64,000 nt of DNA from Candidatus Woesebacteria bacterium. Its GTDB lineage: Bacteria; Patescibacteriota; Microgenomatia; UBA8517. The stretch spans positions 564,790 to 628,789 of the forward strand of contig OY970314.1 of assembly GCA_963716475.1 (NCBI GenBank), in the 5' to 3' direction. Below the pieces are notes generated by a model, which saw nothing but the letters and a program-made list of their open reading frames with translations, did not search any database and was not told where the DNA came from. How positions within the stretch are numbered: the first letter of the stretch is position 1; each line of letters opens with the position of its first letter. This document shows positions 47,347 through 57,401 of the stretch, one piece after another. Both the position numbers and the translations under genes were made by a program.

Positions 47347-48003
47347 TTATTGCGGAGTTCCTGTTGGGGCAGGAGTTAGAGTTGGGGTGGGTGTCGCGGA
47401 AGGCTTAGCGGTTGCACCTTTTCTTAATCCTGTTGTGATTACAATATCATACGTGGTAGATGCAGAAGTGGTTGTTGTAACACTTTGATAAAGAGAGTTA
47501 AGTTTAGCTGTAATTTCCGTCACAACAGAACCTGAAAGGGTACCGGCAAAACTGACTTGAGTGGCGGTTAAATTCTGTTGCGTAGAATTGCCTACAGCAA
47601 TATTTGTGTAACCCAAATCTTTTAGCTGAGTCTGAAGGTAGGCTGCTTCACCGTTTATACCTGTTCCGTTTTGCACCTGAATTTTTACCTTTGTTTTATC
47701 AACCGTCACGGGAGCGGTACTTGGTGCCGGTGTAGAAACAGTTGAGTTCTGAGTGGGGGCGTTCAGATTCTCAAAAGGAGTCGGTTCATTCAATGTCTCC
47801 TGATTTTTATTGCTGGCACTTTTATAAATAACAAAACCCAGAATTCCGACTAAAATTAAAACTCCGACGATCAGAAGTGTTTTTGCCCCGCCCGATTTCT
47901 TGGGTCCGCCAACTGTGGGAAAGGAAACCCCGCTCTGGGTAGCGGGAGTGGATTCCTGAGGTGCTTCTTGTTTTTGACTTTCCGTATTTTGACTTTCTTC
48001 CAT
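47347..48003 (-). CDS. membrane-anchored LytR_C (LytR/CpsA/Psr C-terminal) domain protein
   Basis: N-terminal TM. Central block VKIQVQNGTGINGEAAYLQTQLKDLGY fits the LytR_C pattern. Thr/Pro-rich tail. Confidence 0.6.
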   Translation of the reverse strand: MEESQNTESQKQEAPQESTPATQSGVSFPTVGGPKKSGGAKTLLIVGVLILVGILGFVIYKSASNKNQETLNEPTPFENLNAPTQNSTVSTPAPSTAPVTVDKTKVKIQVQNGTGINGEAAYLQTQLKDLGYTNIAVGNSTQQNLTATQVSFAGTLSGSVVTEITAKLNSLYQSVTTTTSASTTYDIVITTGLRKGATAKPSATPTPTLTPAPTGTPQ

Positions 48004-48030
48004 ATAGGTGCCGCAGTATAAACGGATCAG

Positions 48031-49155
48031 TTACTTGCTGTCAAGAGCATCCCGAAGTTTCTCCATATCTGATCGAATCTTATTCATAAGAATTGAGTAA
48101 AAACGTAAATTGTGAATAGTCGCCAGGCGTCCCGCAGTAAAATCTCCGATACGAAATAGGTGTGCGAGGTATGCTTTTGAGTACTTTTTACAAAGGAGGC
48201 AGTCGCAGGCTGAGCTTACGGGAGAATCGTCCGACAAATGTTTTACTCCTTCGGGGTTGTAAAATGAATAAAAATTCGATTCATCTATATCAATGTTATC
48301 GATAGAGATGGCGTTATAGACATAAAGCCTGCCGTGCCGCGCGTCGCGGGTAGGAAGGACACAATCAAAAATGTTGTATCCAAGTCGTGCACAAGCAACA
48401 ATATCATCAGGCTTCCCTATTCCAAGCCCATAAAGAAAATAATTTTTAGGTGCACAGGCGGCAATAGTTTTTGCCGAATCAAAGTCAAATTTCCCCTCAC
48501 CGGTCATAGGCCAGCCGCCGTAACCGAATCCGTCAAAACCGATCTTGGCAAGCTCTGCCGCGCAATATTTTCTTAGATCCTGGAAACGACCGCCCTGAAC
48601 CACACCCAAAATATAGGGGCTGTCTCTCTTTGCAAGTTTTTTCTTTTTACATATTCTTAAAAATTCCTCTTTGCTCCGCCTTGCCCATGTGATCGTCCGC
48701 TCAACGGACTGTCTTGCCTCCGTCTTCCCGGCTTTTGGGTCGGTAAAATCGTCAAGCACAACAACCATATCCGGCTTAAGACTCATTTGAAATTCAACAG
48801 ATTTTTCCGGAGTCAGAATAACCTTATGATTCTTAGAGGGATAAAGGATAATACCCTGGTCGGTTATTTTTCCTTTCATTGCACCGGACTTAATCACGGA
48901 CATTACCTGAAAACCCCCAGAATCGGAAATTATTCCGCCGTGCCAATCCATAAAATTTCCTATTCCTCCAAATCTCTCCATGAGTTCATCTCCAATTTCC
49001 TGCCAAAGATGAAACGTATTCACCAAAACTCCGGTGGTTCTAGTTGCCTCAATGTCCGAAGTATCGAGAGAACGTACAACCGCCCGTGTGGCATCAGGGA
49101 AAAAAACAGGAAGCGGGATGCTTTGTCCGTGTGACTTAAAAAATTTTTGCGTCAT
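48031..49155 (-). CDS. tgt: queuine tRNA-ribosyltransferase (tRNA-guanine transglycosylase)
   Basis: VNTFHLW, DSGGFQVMS, DCVLPTRDARHG and the zinc site CDCLLCKKYSKAYLAHL match Tgt. Confidence 0.9.
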   Translation of the reverse strand: MTQKFFKSHGQSIPLPVFFPDATRAVVRSLDTSDIEATRTTGVLVNTFHLWQEIGDELMERFGGIGNFMDWHGGIISDSGGFQVMSVIKSGAMKGKITDQGIILYPSKNHKVILTPEKSVEFQMSLKPDMVVVLDDFTDPKAGKTEARQSVERTITWARRSKEEFLRICKKKKLAKRDSPYILGVVQGGRFQDLRKYCAAELAKIGFDGFGYGGWPMTGEGKFDFDSAKTIAACAPKNYFLYGLGIGKPDDIVACARLGYNIFDCVLPTRDARHGRLYVYNAISIDNIDIDESNFYSFYNPEGVKHLSDDSPVSSACDCLLCKKYSKAYLAHLFRIGDFTAGRLATIHNLRFYSILMNKIRSDMEKLRDALDSK

Positions 49156-49697
49156 ATATGGAAAATTTTTAGGATACCAAATCCGACATAGGCCAGAATT
49201 ACAAATTTAATAAGTTTTCCGCTAAACACTGCAATTAAGTACTTGCGGATGGAAATTCCCGAGGCACCCGAAACGATTCCCGCCAGATCAAAAAAAGGAT
49301 TAGGAATAACGGCTAAAATAAAAACTACCCAAAGCCCATATTTGTCCATCCATTTCCTAACTTTGTCGATATTTTTATTATTCTCGACCAACTCTCCGCC
49401 CCCGACCCCCGTGTAATATCCGGTAAGTTCGCCAATTGTGGATCCCGCAGCCGAGACTGTCCCGGCCAAAAGCGGATTAAGAAAAGCCCCCGCAGCAATT
49501 GTTGTAACAAGCGCGGGGACGGGTAAAATAATTGTCGCAGAACCAATCAGGTTAATAATAAAAAGACCAAAATAACCAAGATTTTGGAGATTTGTAGCCC
49601 GGTTTCCTATAAAGTATGCCAAAACTCCAAAACCCAGGGAAAGAATTAATATCAGAAGCCCAAAGTGCTTTTTAGATAATTTAATCTTGAACATCAC
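49152..49697 (-). CDS. DedA/SNARE-associated (VTT domain) membrane protein
   Basis: 181 aa. VTT-like motif FIINLIGSATIILPVPALVTTIAAGAF and a four-helix topology. Confidence 0.75.
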   Translation of the reverse strand: MMFKIKLSKKHFGLLILILSLGFGVLAYFIGNRATNLQNLGYFGLFIINLIGSATIILPVPALVTTIAAGAFLNPLLAGTVSAAGSTIGELTGYYTGVGGGELVENNKNIDKVRKWMDKYGLWVVFILAVIPNPFFDLAGIVSGASGISIRKYLIAVFSGKLIKFVILAYVGFGILKIFHI

Positions 49698-50203
49698 TCA
49701 ACCGCCAGAAGTTCTACTTCAAAAATTAATGTTGCACCCCCTGGAATTACCCCCGGAATTCCCTGATCCCCGTATCCCAAAGACGAAGGAATTGTAAGTT
49801 TCCTTTTTCCCCCAACTTTCATACCGGCTACTCCCTGATCCCAACCCTGAATGACTTCTCCGGCTCCGAGATTGAAACTAAACGGCGTCCCGTGGTCATA
49901 GGAACTATCAAATTTTGTTCTGTCAGCCAAAGTCCCAATATAATTAACAGTTACTTTCTTACCGGCGGCGGCAGTTGCACCCGTGCCGACTGTTTCGTCT
50001 AGAATAATCAATTTATTTTCTTGTACCATGGGTTTTGCGGAAGCTGTTGCAGTTGGCTCCGTAGTACTTTCGATTGTAGCGGTTGGAGGCTGTGTTGCCA
50101 ATGGCTGATTATTCGATGATCCTTTTGAAGAGAAGAGAGCAATTCCTCCGATGATAAGAAGCACTACAAGGAAAATTGTTGCGAATAAATATTTTTTATT
50201 CAT
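49694..50203 (-). CDS. FKBP-type peptidyl-prolyl cis-trans isomerase with N-terminal membrane anchor
   Basis: KVTVNYIGTLADRTKFDSSYDHGTPFSFNLGAGEVIQGWDQGVAGMKVGGKRKLTIP is the FKBP core. Confidence 0.85.
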   Translation of the reverse strand: MNKKYLFATIFLVVLLIIGGIALFSSKGSSNNQPLATQPPTATIESTTEPTATASAKPMVQENKLIILDETVGTGATAAAGKKVTVNYIGTLADRTKFDSSYDHGTPFSFNLGAGEVIQGWDQGVAGMKVGGKRKLTIPSSLGYGDQGIPGVIPGGATLIFEVELLAVE

Positions 50204-50249
50204 TGGGAAATTATATCAGATTTATTTCAAAAGCATATAAGGGTAACTC

Positions 50250-50870
50250 TTATATTTTCTCTAACCGACAGGTATCTCCGTCGATATACAAGTATTGTTT
50301 ATTATTTAAAAGAATAACTTCAACGTCCTCAACATAGATTGTATCAAAACTCTTTCCGTATTCTACTTTAAAATCCGAACTTCCCCAATGAGGCAAAATG
50401 GCAAAATCGACAATTTCTAATCCGTCGGATTTTAAATCGGGTGCTTTGGATCTATCGTCAATTTTAGAAACTAAATCAATTCTTTTACCAACAATCATTG
50501 AACCCGCACTTGAACCAATATATAAACAGCCATCTGCAATTTTTTTCTTAAGAATTTTATCAAAACCTGTTTTTACTGTTTGATCCAAAAGATAAAAGGT
50601 GTTTCCTCCGCAAACAAAAATACCGTTTTTGCCTTTCATTTTTTCTTCCAATTGGGAAGTATCCATCCCGGTAATTGAGAATTCATCGACATCAAAACCC
50701 AATTTAATAAGTTTCTCTTTATCGGCTGTTACCCACCAGTGTTCCCCGTCTTCAACCTCGGAAGCCGTGGTAATAAAAGCCAATTTATAAAAGTTTGGCT
50801 TTTGATGTAAATGTTTTACAACATCCTCCAAAACCATATCTGCACTCGAAGTTAAAAAAAGTTGTTTCAT
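50250..50870 (-). CDS. peptidase S51 family (PepE/cyanophycinase-like) protein
   Basis: FVCGGNTFYLL and IGSSAGSM motifs are present. The start is re-called to MKQLFLTSS, leaving a 6-nt gap to the secA stop. Confidence 0.7.
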   Translation of the reverse strand: MKQLFLTSSADMVLEDVVKHLHQKPNFYKLAFITTASEVEDGEHWWVTADKEKLIKLGFDVDEFSITGMDTSQLEEKMKGKNGIFVCGGNTFYLLDQTVKTGFDKILKKKIADGCLYIGSSAGSMIVGKRIDLVSKIDDRSKAPDLKSDGLEIVDFAILPHWGSSDFKVEYGKSFDTIYVEDVEVILLNNKQYLYIDGDTCRLEKI

Positions 50871-50875
50871 TTTAT

Positions 50876-53596
50876 TTATCCAAGCTGTGGATAGTGGCAC
50901 TTCTTCCACTTTTTGCCGCTTCCGCACCAGCATGGATCGTTGCGGCCCAGCTTACGGCCCGGCGTTTGGGACCCGTCGCCCGACGGAAAAGCTTTTTGGC
51001 CTGATTTGGCCGTCTCTTCGGCATTCCCGGAAAGACCTGTTGTATCAGACCTGTCAATATTTTCGCGGGCAAGGTTAAGTGGAATTTCGGGCTGTGGCAT
51101 GGCTACCCCGATTCTAAAAATCCTATGGGAAAGTTCTTCGTCGACTCGGTCAACTAAACGCTCAAATAAATTGTATGCTTCATTTTTAAACTCGACCAAA
51201 GGATCACGCTGCCCATAAGCTCTCAGGGTTACACCTTCACGAAGGTCATCGATGTGGTCAATGTGATCCATCCAAAGATGATCGATAGATCCCAGATAGG
51301 CATATTTTTCAACCTCACGCATAACAGATGGTCCCAGATCTTTTTCTCTTTTTTCATAAACGTCCTTTAGGACCGATTCCAGGAAATTCTGAATTTCGTC
51401 CTGAGATTTAAAGGCCGAGGTTTGTGAAGCGATTCTCTTGAGCGAAGCATCATCGAAAGGAATTATTTCGGCAAGTCCGATACCCAACCTTTCATAATCA
51501 AATTTTTCATCAACCACGGATTTGCCCATAAGAATGTTTTTTTCAATTTGGTGAATGAGTTTTTCCTGAACCTCTTTTTTAACATCGGTAGAGTCCAAAA
51601 TTCTCCGGCGGAGTTTATAAATAATATCCCTTTGCTGATTGGCAACGTCATCAAACTCTACAAGACGTTTACGGATATCAAAATGGAAGCCTTCAACTTT
51701 TACCTGTGCTTGCTCAATAGCTCGGCCTATCAACGCATTTTCAATCGGCTGGTTTTCGGGAAGATTTAGACGACCCATGATTCCTGAGATTTGTTCTCCT
51801 CCGAAAATTCTCATGAGGTCGTCTTCCATCGACAGATAAAATCTGGAAGAACCCGGATCTCCCTGACGCCCTGAGCGGCCTCTGAGTTGATTATCAACAC
51901 GTCTGGCCTCATGCCGTTCGGTTCCTATTACATGAAGACCTCCGGCCTTGACAACTTTTTGATGAGCTTCTTCCCATTTTTTATATTCTTTGGATTTTGT
52001 AAATTCGTCATTGGATATTCCCGCTTTCCTGTCCGGTTGGGCTCCGCCGAGAACTATATCAACACCGCGGCCTGCCATATTTGTGGCAACTGTAACTCCG
52101 CCGATTTTTCCGGCCTCAGCAATAATTTCTGCTTCCCTTTCGTGATTTTTAGCATTTAAAACATTATGGGGAACTTTTTTGTGCTTAAGATATTCGGATA
52201 TTATTTCGTTTTTCTCAATCGATGTAGTTCCGACCAGAACAGGCTGGCCTTTTTTATAACACTCCGAAATTTCTTCGACTATGGCTCCGTATTTGCCGCG
52301 AAGAGTTTTATAAATCACATCTTGCTGGTCTTTTCTGATCATTGGCTGATTGGTCGGCACCACAACTACCTCCAATTTGTAAATCTTTCGAAATTCTTCC
52401 GCCTCGGTTGCGGCTGTACCCGTCATTCCGCTTAAGTGTTCATACATTCTGAAGTAATTCTGGAAGGAAATTGTCGCCAGTGTTTTACTTTCCTGCTGGA
52501 TAGTTACCCCTTCTTTTGCCTCAACTGCCTGATGAAGTCCGTCGCTCCAACGCCTTCCGACCATCAGACGTCCTGTAAACTCATCAACTATTGTTACCTG
52601 ATTATCTTTAACAACATAATCTTTATCCCGGAGGTAGAGAGTTTTTGCTCTGAGAGCATTTTCAATGTGGTGAATTGATTCAAAATCTTTCTCATAAAGG
52701 TTATCTACTCCGAGTATCTTTTCTACTCGAGTAATTCCTGTCTCCGTAAGGGATGCACTTTTGGATTTTTCATCAATTGTGTAGTCGGTATCGGGGTTTA
52801 GTTTATCCACCATTGAGGCAAACGTATAATATTTCTGTGTGGGTTCGGTATCCGGTGCTGAAATAATTAAGGGGGTACGGGCCTCGTCGATTAAAATAGA
52901 ATCAACCTCGTCAACAATCGCAAAATAGTGTCCGCGCTGCACCATTTCGGGGAGAGAACTGACCATGTTGTCCCTAAGGTAATCAAAACCGAATTCATTA
53001 TTTGTTCCGTATAAAATATCGCTTTGATAGGCAAGTTTTCTTTCGGCTGGTTTAAGATGAGCCAGTCTTTCATCACCGTGACTCGAATCGGTAAAGTCGG
53101 GGTCATATGTAAAAGACTTCGTTTCCTGAATAATTGAGCCGACTGTCATTCCCAATAGATGAAATACGGGGGCGTTCCAACCGGCGTCTCTCCTGGCCAG
53201 ATAATCGTTAACAGTAACAAGATGTGCCCCCCGCCCGGTTAAGGCATGAAGATAAAGTGCGGGAACGGCAGAAAGTGTTTTTCCTTCACCCGTTTTTTGT
53301 TCCGCAACCTTGCCTTCAAAAAGAGCAATTGCAGCCATAAGCTGGACATCATAGTGGCGCATTCCCAAGAGGCGATATGAAACCTCCCTTACAACCGCAT
53401 AAGCCTCGGGAAGAAGCTGGTCCAAAGTTTCACCCTTTGCTAAACGGCTTTTAAACTCCTCGGTCTTTTTGACAAAATCCTTATCCTTAAGTTTTTTAAC
53501 TTCGGGTTCAAAAGAGTTTACTTTGGCAACAATTTTTTTAAGTCTGTCGATTTCCCTGGCATTAAGATCCAGGAATCTGGAAAATATATTAAGCAT
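50876..53596 (-). CDS. secA: preprotein translocase ATPase SecA
   Basis: 906 aa. Motifs GKVAEQKTGEGKTL and VTVNDYLARRD. C-terminal zinc motif CWCGSGKKWKKCH. Confidence 0.95.
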   Translation of the reverse strand: MLNIFSRFLDLNAREIDRLKKIVAKVNSFEPEVKKLKDKDFVKKTEEFKSRLAKGETLDQLLPEAYAVVREVSYRLLGMRHYDVQLMAAIALFEGKVAEQKTGEGKTLSAVPALYLHALTGRGAHLVTVNDYLARRDAGWNAPVFHLLGMTVGSIIQETKSFTYDPDFTDSSHGDERLAHLKPAERKLAYQSDILYGTNNEFGFDYLRDNMVSSLPEMVQRGHYFAIVDEVDSILIDEARTPLIISAPDTEPTQKYYTFASMVDKLNPDTDYTIDEKSKSASLTETGITRVEKILGVDNLYEKDFESIHHIENALRAKTLYLRDKDYVVKDNQVTIVDEFTGRLMVGRRWSDGLHQAVEAKEGVTIQQESKTLATISFQNYFRMYEHLSGMTGTAATEAEEFRKIYKLEVVVVPTNQPMIRKDQQDVIYKTLRGKYGAIVEEISECYKKGQPVLVGTTSIEKNEIISEYLKHKKVPHNVLNAKNHEREAEIIAEAGKIGGVTVATNMAGRGVDIVLGGAQPDRKAGISNDEFTKSKEYKKWEEAHQKVVKAGGLHVIGTERHEARRVDNQLRGRSGRQGDPGSSRFYLSMEDDLMRIFGGEQISGIMGRLNLPENQPIENALIGRAIEQAQVKVEGFHFDIRKRLVEFDDVANQQRDIIYKLRRRILDSTDVKKEVQEKLIHQIEKNILMGKSVVDEKFDYERLGIGLAEIIPFDDASLKRIASQTSAFKSQDEIQNFLESVLKDVYEKREKDLGPSVMREVEKYAYLGSIDHLWMDHIDHIDDLREGVTLRAYGQRDPLVEFKNEAYNLFERLVDRVDEELSHRIFRIGVAMPQPEIPLNLARENIDRSDTTGLSGNAEETAKSGQKAFPSGDGSQTPGRKLGRNDPCWCGSGKKWKKCHYPQLG

Positions 53597-53610
53597 CGTT
53601 ATCTATTGTA

Positions 53611-53647
53611 TCAGAATAAAACTACGCTGCTAAACACAGCGTAGTTT
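53611..53647 (-). terminator. Rho-independent terminator candidate for the spermidine-synthase-like gene
   Basis: Perfect 11-bp inverted repeat AAACTACGCTG / CAGCGTAGTTT with a 7-nt loop. On the minus strand it is followed by TTTATTCT. Confidence 0.5.
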
Positions 53648-53710
53648 GGCGCCTAGTGTGGATTTGTATTTTGCACTTGAAGCCAAACTCCCCCGATATT
53701 AATTGAAAAA

Positions 53711-54322
53711 TTATGATCGGCATAAGAACAATAAATTGGCTTCAGGATAAAACCATTCTACTTTGGAAAATATCTTCTGCAATTTATTCCCGAACTTGAC
53801 CGCTTCCGGACGTTTATCACCATAATAAGTTCGATTGAATACCGCAACTCCCTGCTGCCTAAGAGATGTCTTCACCTTATTCAGAAATTCTTCATTCCCA
53901 AACTTTTTGGGAAACTTGTCACCATTGTAGAGATCAATAATTATTAAATCGGCCTTTTCATCAAAATCATAGGCATCTTGAACTTCTATGCCGACGTTTA
54001 TTTTATCCAGTCCTAAATACTTTTTCCCGAGTTCAATCATGACAGGATCGATATCGACCCCCATAATTTCTGCTTCCGGCCAAAGCAGTCTTACATATTT
54101 CGCAGCAGTTCCTCCACCCAAGCCCAGTATTAAACAACTTTTGACTGTCAACTTTTCACTTTTAACTTTTTTAAGAGTCGGTTTCCAGATTACGTTGACA
54201 ATCCCGCCCGACTGTGTAAGTCCTTCGGCTTGAATATAAGTTCCAAATCCCAAACTTCGTAACACCTTCAGGTGCCCATTACACTTCGATTCCCTTTCTT
54301 CCAAAACTTTTGTCCCAAGCAT
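53711..54322 (-). CDS. spermidine-synthase-family methyltransferase-fold protein (short)
   Basis: LILGLGGGTAAKYV and GVDIDPVMIELGKKY match the spermine/spermidine synthase fold. Confidence 0.6.
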   Translation of the reverse strand: MLGTKVLEERESKCNGHLKVLRSLGFGTYIQAEGLTQSGGIVNVIWKPTLKKVKSEKLTVKSCLILGLGGGTAAKYVRLLWPEAEIMGVDIDPVMIELGKKYLGLDKINVGIEVQDAYDFDEKADLIIIDLYNGDKFPKKFGNEEFLNKVKTSLRQQGVAVFNRTYYGDKRPEAVKFGNKLQKIFSKVEWFYPEANLLFLCRS

Positions 54323-54433
54323 AATTAATTATAGCGTAAGCTGGGGCGCACACTTGTTTCGTCCGCCTGCATCGCTATGCGAAACATTGCGGGCAGGGGT
54401 TTTATTTGGGTTTTATTAGGTTATAATACAGCT

Positions 54434-55594
54434 ATGACAAATATACCACTCCCGGAACTTCTTAGACCGAAAACGCTTAAGGACTTTGTCGGCCAGGAAG
54501 ATTTGGTCGGAACAGGCGGAATTATAAGAAAACTTCTTAAAACAAAAGATTTTTTTCCGTCTTTAATTTTTTGGGGGCCACCGGGATCCGGAAAAACTAC
54601 TCTGGCAAGAATAATAGCCAATACACTAAAACGGGAGTTTTTTGAATTCTCCGCAGTTAATACCAAAGTAAAGGACATCGAGGCTTTGATACAAGATAAG
54701 AAACAATTGAAACTGCTTAATTCCCCGATTGTTTTTCTTGACGAAATTCACAGATTTAACAAGGCCCAGCAGGACAAGCTTCTTCCGCACGTAGAACATG
54801 GCGACATAATTTTGATCGGCGCCACTACCGAAAATCCTTCTTTCGAAGTAATCAGTCCGCTTCTCTCGCGTACACGGGTTCTCGTTCTTAATCAATTGAG
54901 TGAAAAGGATCTGTTTAAAATTTTGGATAAAGCATTAAAACACGTAAAGAAAAAATTGAATAAAGAATCGGAAAAATTCTTGCTGGAAGCCGCAGACGGA
55001 GACGCGCGGGTAATGCTCAATGTTTTGGAAATCGCGGCAAGTCTTGTTAATACTCCGACAATAAAAATTCCGGACCTGGAAACTGCACTCCAAAGAAGAC
55101 AATACACTTTTGATAAACGCGGGGAAGATTTCTATAACGTAATTTCGGCATTTATTAAATCTATGCGGGCAAGTGATGTGGATGCAGCGCTTTACTACCT
55201 GGCCCGGATGGTCGCGGCAGGACAGGACCCGCTTTATATTGCCAGACGGATGGTTGTTTTTGCTTCGGAGGATGTGGCCTCCCCAACGGCTCTCGTTGTT
55301 GCCAATGCGGTATTCCAAGCGTGTGACGAAATCGGTTTTCCGGAGTGTCAGGAAAACTTGGCAGCGGGAGTGGTATATCTAGCTACCGCCAAAAAAGACC
55401 GCTCGGCTTATACCGCTTATATGGAAGCTCTTGCCGACGTAAATCAATACGGCAATCTTCCTGTTCCTCTTAAGATTAGAAATCCGGTTACAAAATTAAT
55501 GAAAGAGGTCGGCTATGGAGAGGGTTACGAAAAATACGACACCCAAAGCTACTTGCCGGAAAAATTAAGCGGTAAAAAGTATTTCAGAAAATAA
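54434..55594 (+). CDS. rarA: replication-associated recombination protein A (AAA+ ATPase)
   Basis: Walker [12 protein letters not shown] and [15 protein letters not shown] match the MgsA/RarA family. The start is re-called to [10 protein letters not shown]. Confidence 0.9.
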   Translation: MTNIPLPELLRPKTLKDFVGQEDLVGTGGIIRKLLKTKDFFPSLIFWGPPGSGKTTLARIIANTLKREFFEFSAVNTKVKDIEALIQDKKQLKLLNSPIVFLDEIHRFNKAQQDKLLPHVEHGDIILIGATTENPSFEVISPLLSRTRVLVLNQLSEKDLFKILDKALKHVKKKLNKESEKFLLEAADGDARVMLNVLEIAASLVNTPTIKIPDLETALQRRQYTFDKRGEDFYNVISAFIKSMRASDVDAALYYLARMVAAGQDPLYIARRMVVFASEDVASPTALVVANAVFQACDEIGFPECQENLAAGVVYLATAKKDRSAYTAYMEALADVNQYGNLPVPLKIRNPVTKLMKEVGYGEGYEKYDTQSYLPEKLSGKKYFRK

Positions 55595-55834
55595 TACTCA
55601 AATTACCTGTTGAAATCTTCTTTTTTCTCGCTATCCTTTAATTGATACAGCATGGAGCGAGAACCCAACCCTTTAACCCTTTTCCAACAACTAATTAATA
55701 AGCTTCCCTTAAATCCGCTTCCAGAAATCCCCAGAACAAACGGATCAAAACCGGCAGAACTTCTAAGAATTGCCGAACAGTGCAAAAAACATTTCAAAAG
55801 AGATGGGAGAAAATAACTTCAAAAATGTGGGTCT

Positions 55835-56449
55835 CTAAGAATTAGACTCCCTCAAAAACTTTGCCAATCTCTCTGCCACAGGTCTTTTGTGGCTGTGCGA
55901 TTTTAATTCTTCTTCTGTCAGCTCGGCATATGTTTTTCCCAGCTCGGGAAGGAAGTGTATTGTCCTAAACGGGTATCCCGGAATTAATACCGGCCCCGGG
56001 ACTTCGGCAATTACACCCGGCGAGTGCGCAATGTCTTCAAAAATTATTTTTCCTCCGGGGTCGGAAAGAGCCGCTGCTGAAGTCAATTTAACTGTCCTTT
56101 TTTCCAATGGAACTCCTTTCATTTTTTCTAAAACTATCTCAATTAAATCCTGATCTGTTCCTTCTTTCCCGCCTGGCAAAATTCTTCTGCTTTTTGTCCC
56201 CGGCCAGCCGCCAAGATAATCTATCTCGTAACCCCCGTCATCAGCAAAAACAAACTGATTTGTGTACTTTGCATACCACGAAGCTTTAATTCTCGCATTA
56301 TCTACAAAGGTTTCTCCGGTCTCTTCGGGTTCGGGAATATGGCTGAATCTAAAAAGGTCATCCGTCCCAATTCCAAATTCTTGGAAAAAGGATCTCCATT
56401 CGTTAACTTTACCGATATTTTTCGAGCCGATTACTATTCTTTCCGTCAT
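55835..56449 (-). CDS. rdgB: non-canonical purine NTP pyrophosphatase (Ham1/RdgB family)
   Basis: IVIGSKNIGKVNEW, ETGETFVDNARIKA, FADDGGYEIDYLGGWPG and SHSHKR match RdgB/Ham1. The start is re-called to MTERIV. Confidence 0.8.
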   Translation of the reverse strand: MTERIVIGSKNIGKVNEWRSFFQEFGIGTDDLFRFSHIPEPEETGETFVDNARIKASWYAKYTNQFVFADDGGYEIDYLGGWPGTKSRRILPGGKEGTDQDLIEIVLEKMKGVPLEKRTVKLTSAAALSDPGGKIIFEDIAHSPGVIAEVPGPVLIPGYPFRTIHFLPELGKTYAELTEEELKSHSHKRPVAERLAKFLRESNS

Positions 56450-56519
56450 GACATTTATTAAATGACATATCAATATTCAAGTCAATTCTAAATTGAATAC
56501 AGAAAATTCTTGAAAATTG

Positions 56520-57110
56520 TTATAATCCTAAATCTTTGGAGATATTCTGCATTGCTTTCAGGGCAATTGCAATGAAGTTGTTAAGTTTAATCCCCAATTT
56601 TTCCTCACACATTTCAATCTGTTCTCTTTTTACTCCCGCCGCAAAACTTTTTGAATCCCATTTACTTAAAATATTTTCAACCGTAACTGATGCCAATTTC
56701 TTTTCGGGACGGACTAAAGTTACCGCAACGATTAGCCCCGTCAGCTCATCGCAACAAAAGAGAGACCATTCCAAATTATTTTTGGGCGGATTTTGTCCTG
56801 TATGGGAAAAGTTGTGGGATAAGATTGCATCTAAAATTTCTTTATCGGTCTCTCCTTTTTCTTTAAGCCACTCCGCCATTAATATCGTATGTTTTTCGGG
56901 AGTAGCTTTTGTTTCCTCGTAATCTCCGTCATGAAGAAGTCCGACGACTTCCCACTTGTCCGCCACAGCTTTAGCGTCGGCGGATTTATCCTTACTCGCA
57001 AAATATACGGCAAGTGATCGCATCACAGCCGCAACAGCGTAACAATGCTTACGCAAATTCTGCGACTGCATTTTTGAGTGCAGAAGTTTAAGTGCTTGCT
57101 CCCTGGTCAT
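56520..57110 (-). CDS. HD-domain phosphohydrolase
   Basis: H...LHDGD...D pattern (LRKHCYAVAAVM, GLLHDGD and CCDELTG). Confidence 0.6.
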   Translation of the reverse strand: MTREQALKLLHSKMQSQNLRKHCYAVAAVMRSLAVYFASKDKSADAKAVADKWEVVGLLHDGDYEETKATPEKHTILMAEWLKEKGETDKEILDAILSHNFSHTGQNPPKNNLEWSLFCCDELTGLIVAVTLVRPEKKLASVTVENILSKWDSKSFAAGVKREQIEMCEEKLGIKLNNFIAIALKAMQNISKDLGL

Positions 57111-57113
57111 CAG

Positions 57114-57401
57114 TTATTTCTTAGAAGCCTTTTTTGCTTTCCATTCACCTCTCATCATTCTCTTCATTCGGAACTTCATAACCATATAAACAATATATTT
57201 AATAATCGAGAAGGCAAATACTATTCCTGCGACTATAATAATCCACTTAATTACAACGTAAGGATTAATTGCCGGAAAAACAAAACCAAGTCCGAAAATC
57301 AAAAGCATTCCAAAAACGGAAAAAGATACGGACATTAAAATATCCATATTTACCTGCTTTCGCATCCACTTCATTCTCTCCCACATCATGTCATCTTTCA
57401 C
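57114..57401 (-). CDS. small basic two-helix membrane protein, hypothetical
   Basis: 95 aa. It fills the gap between lysK and the HD gene and overlaps the lysK stop by 4 nt. It could be spurious. Confidence 0.35.
   Translation of the reverse strand: MKDDMMWERMKWMRKQVNMDILMSVSFSVFGMLLIFGLGFVFPAINPYVVIKWIIIVAGIVFAFSIIKYIVYMVMKFRMKRMMRGEWKAKKASKK

Noticed and set aside
51887-52678. Several 80-90-aa plus-strand ORFs
   Set aside because: All are antisense within secA. They are shadow ORFs.
54892-55318. 71- and 127-aa minus-strand ORFs
   Set aside because: They are antisense within rarA, whose AAA+ motifs are unambiguous.
55603-55797. 64-aa minus-strand ORF in the rarA-rdgB gap
   Set aside because: It has odd composition (Cys/Ser/Gly-rich, with no hydrophobic core or motif) and lies in a probable terminator region, so it is likely spurious.
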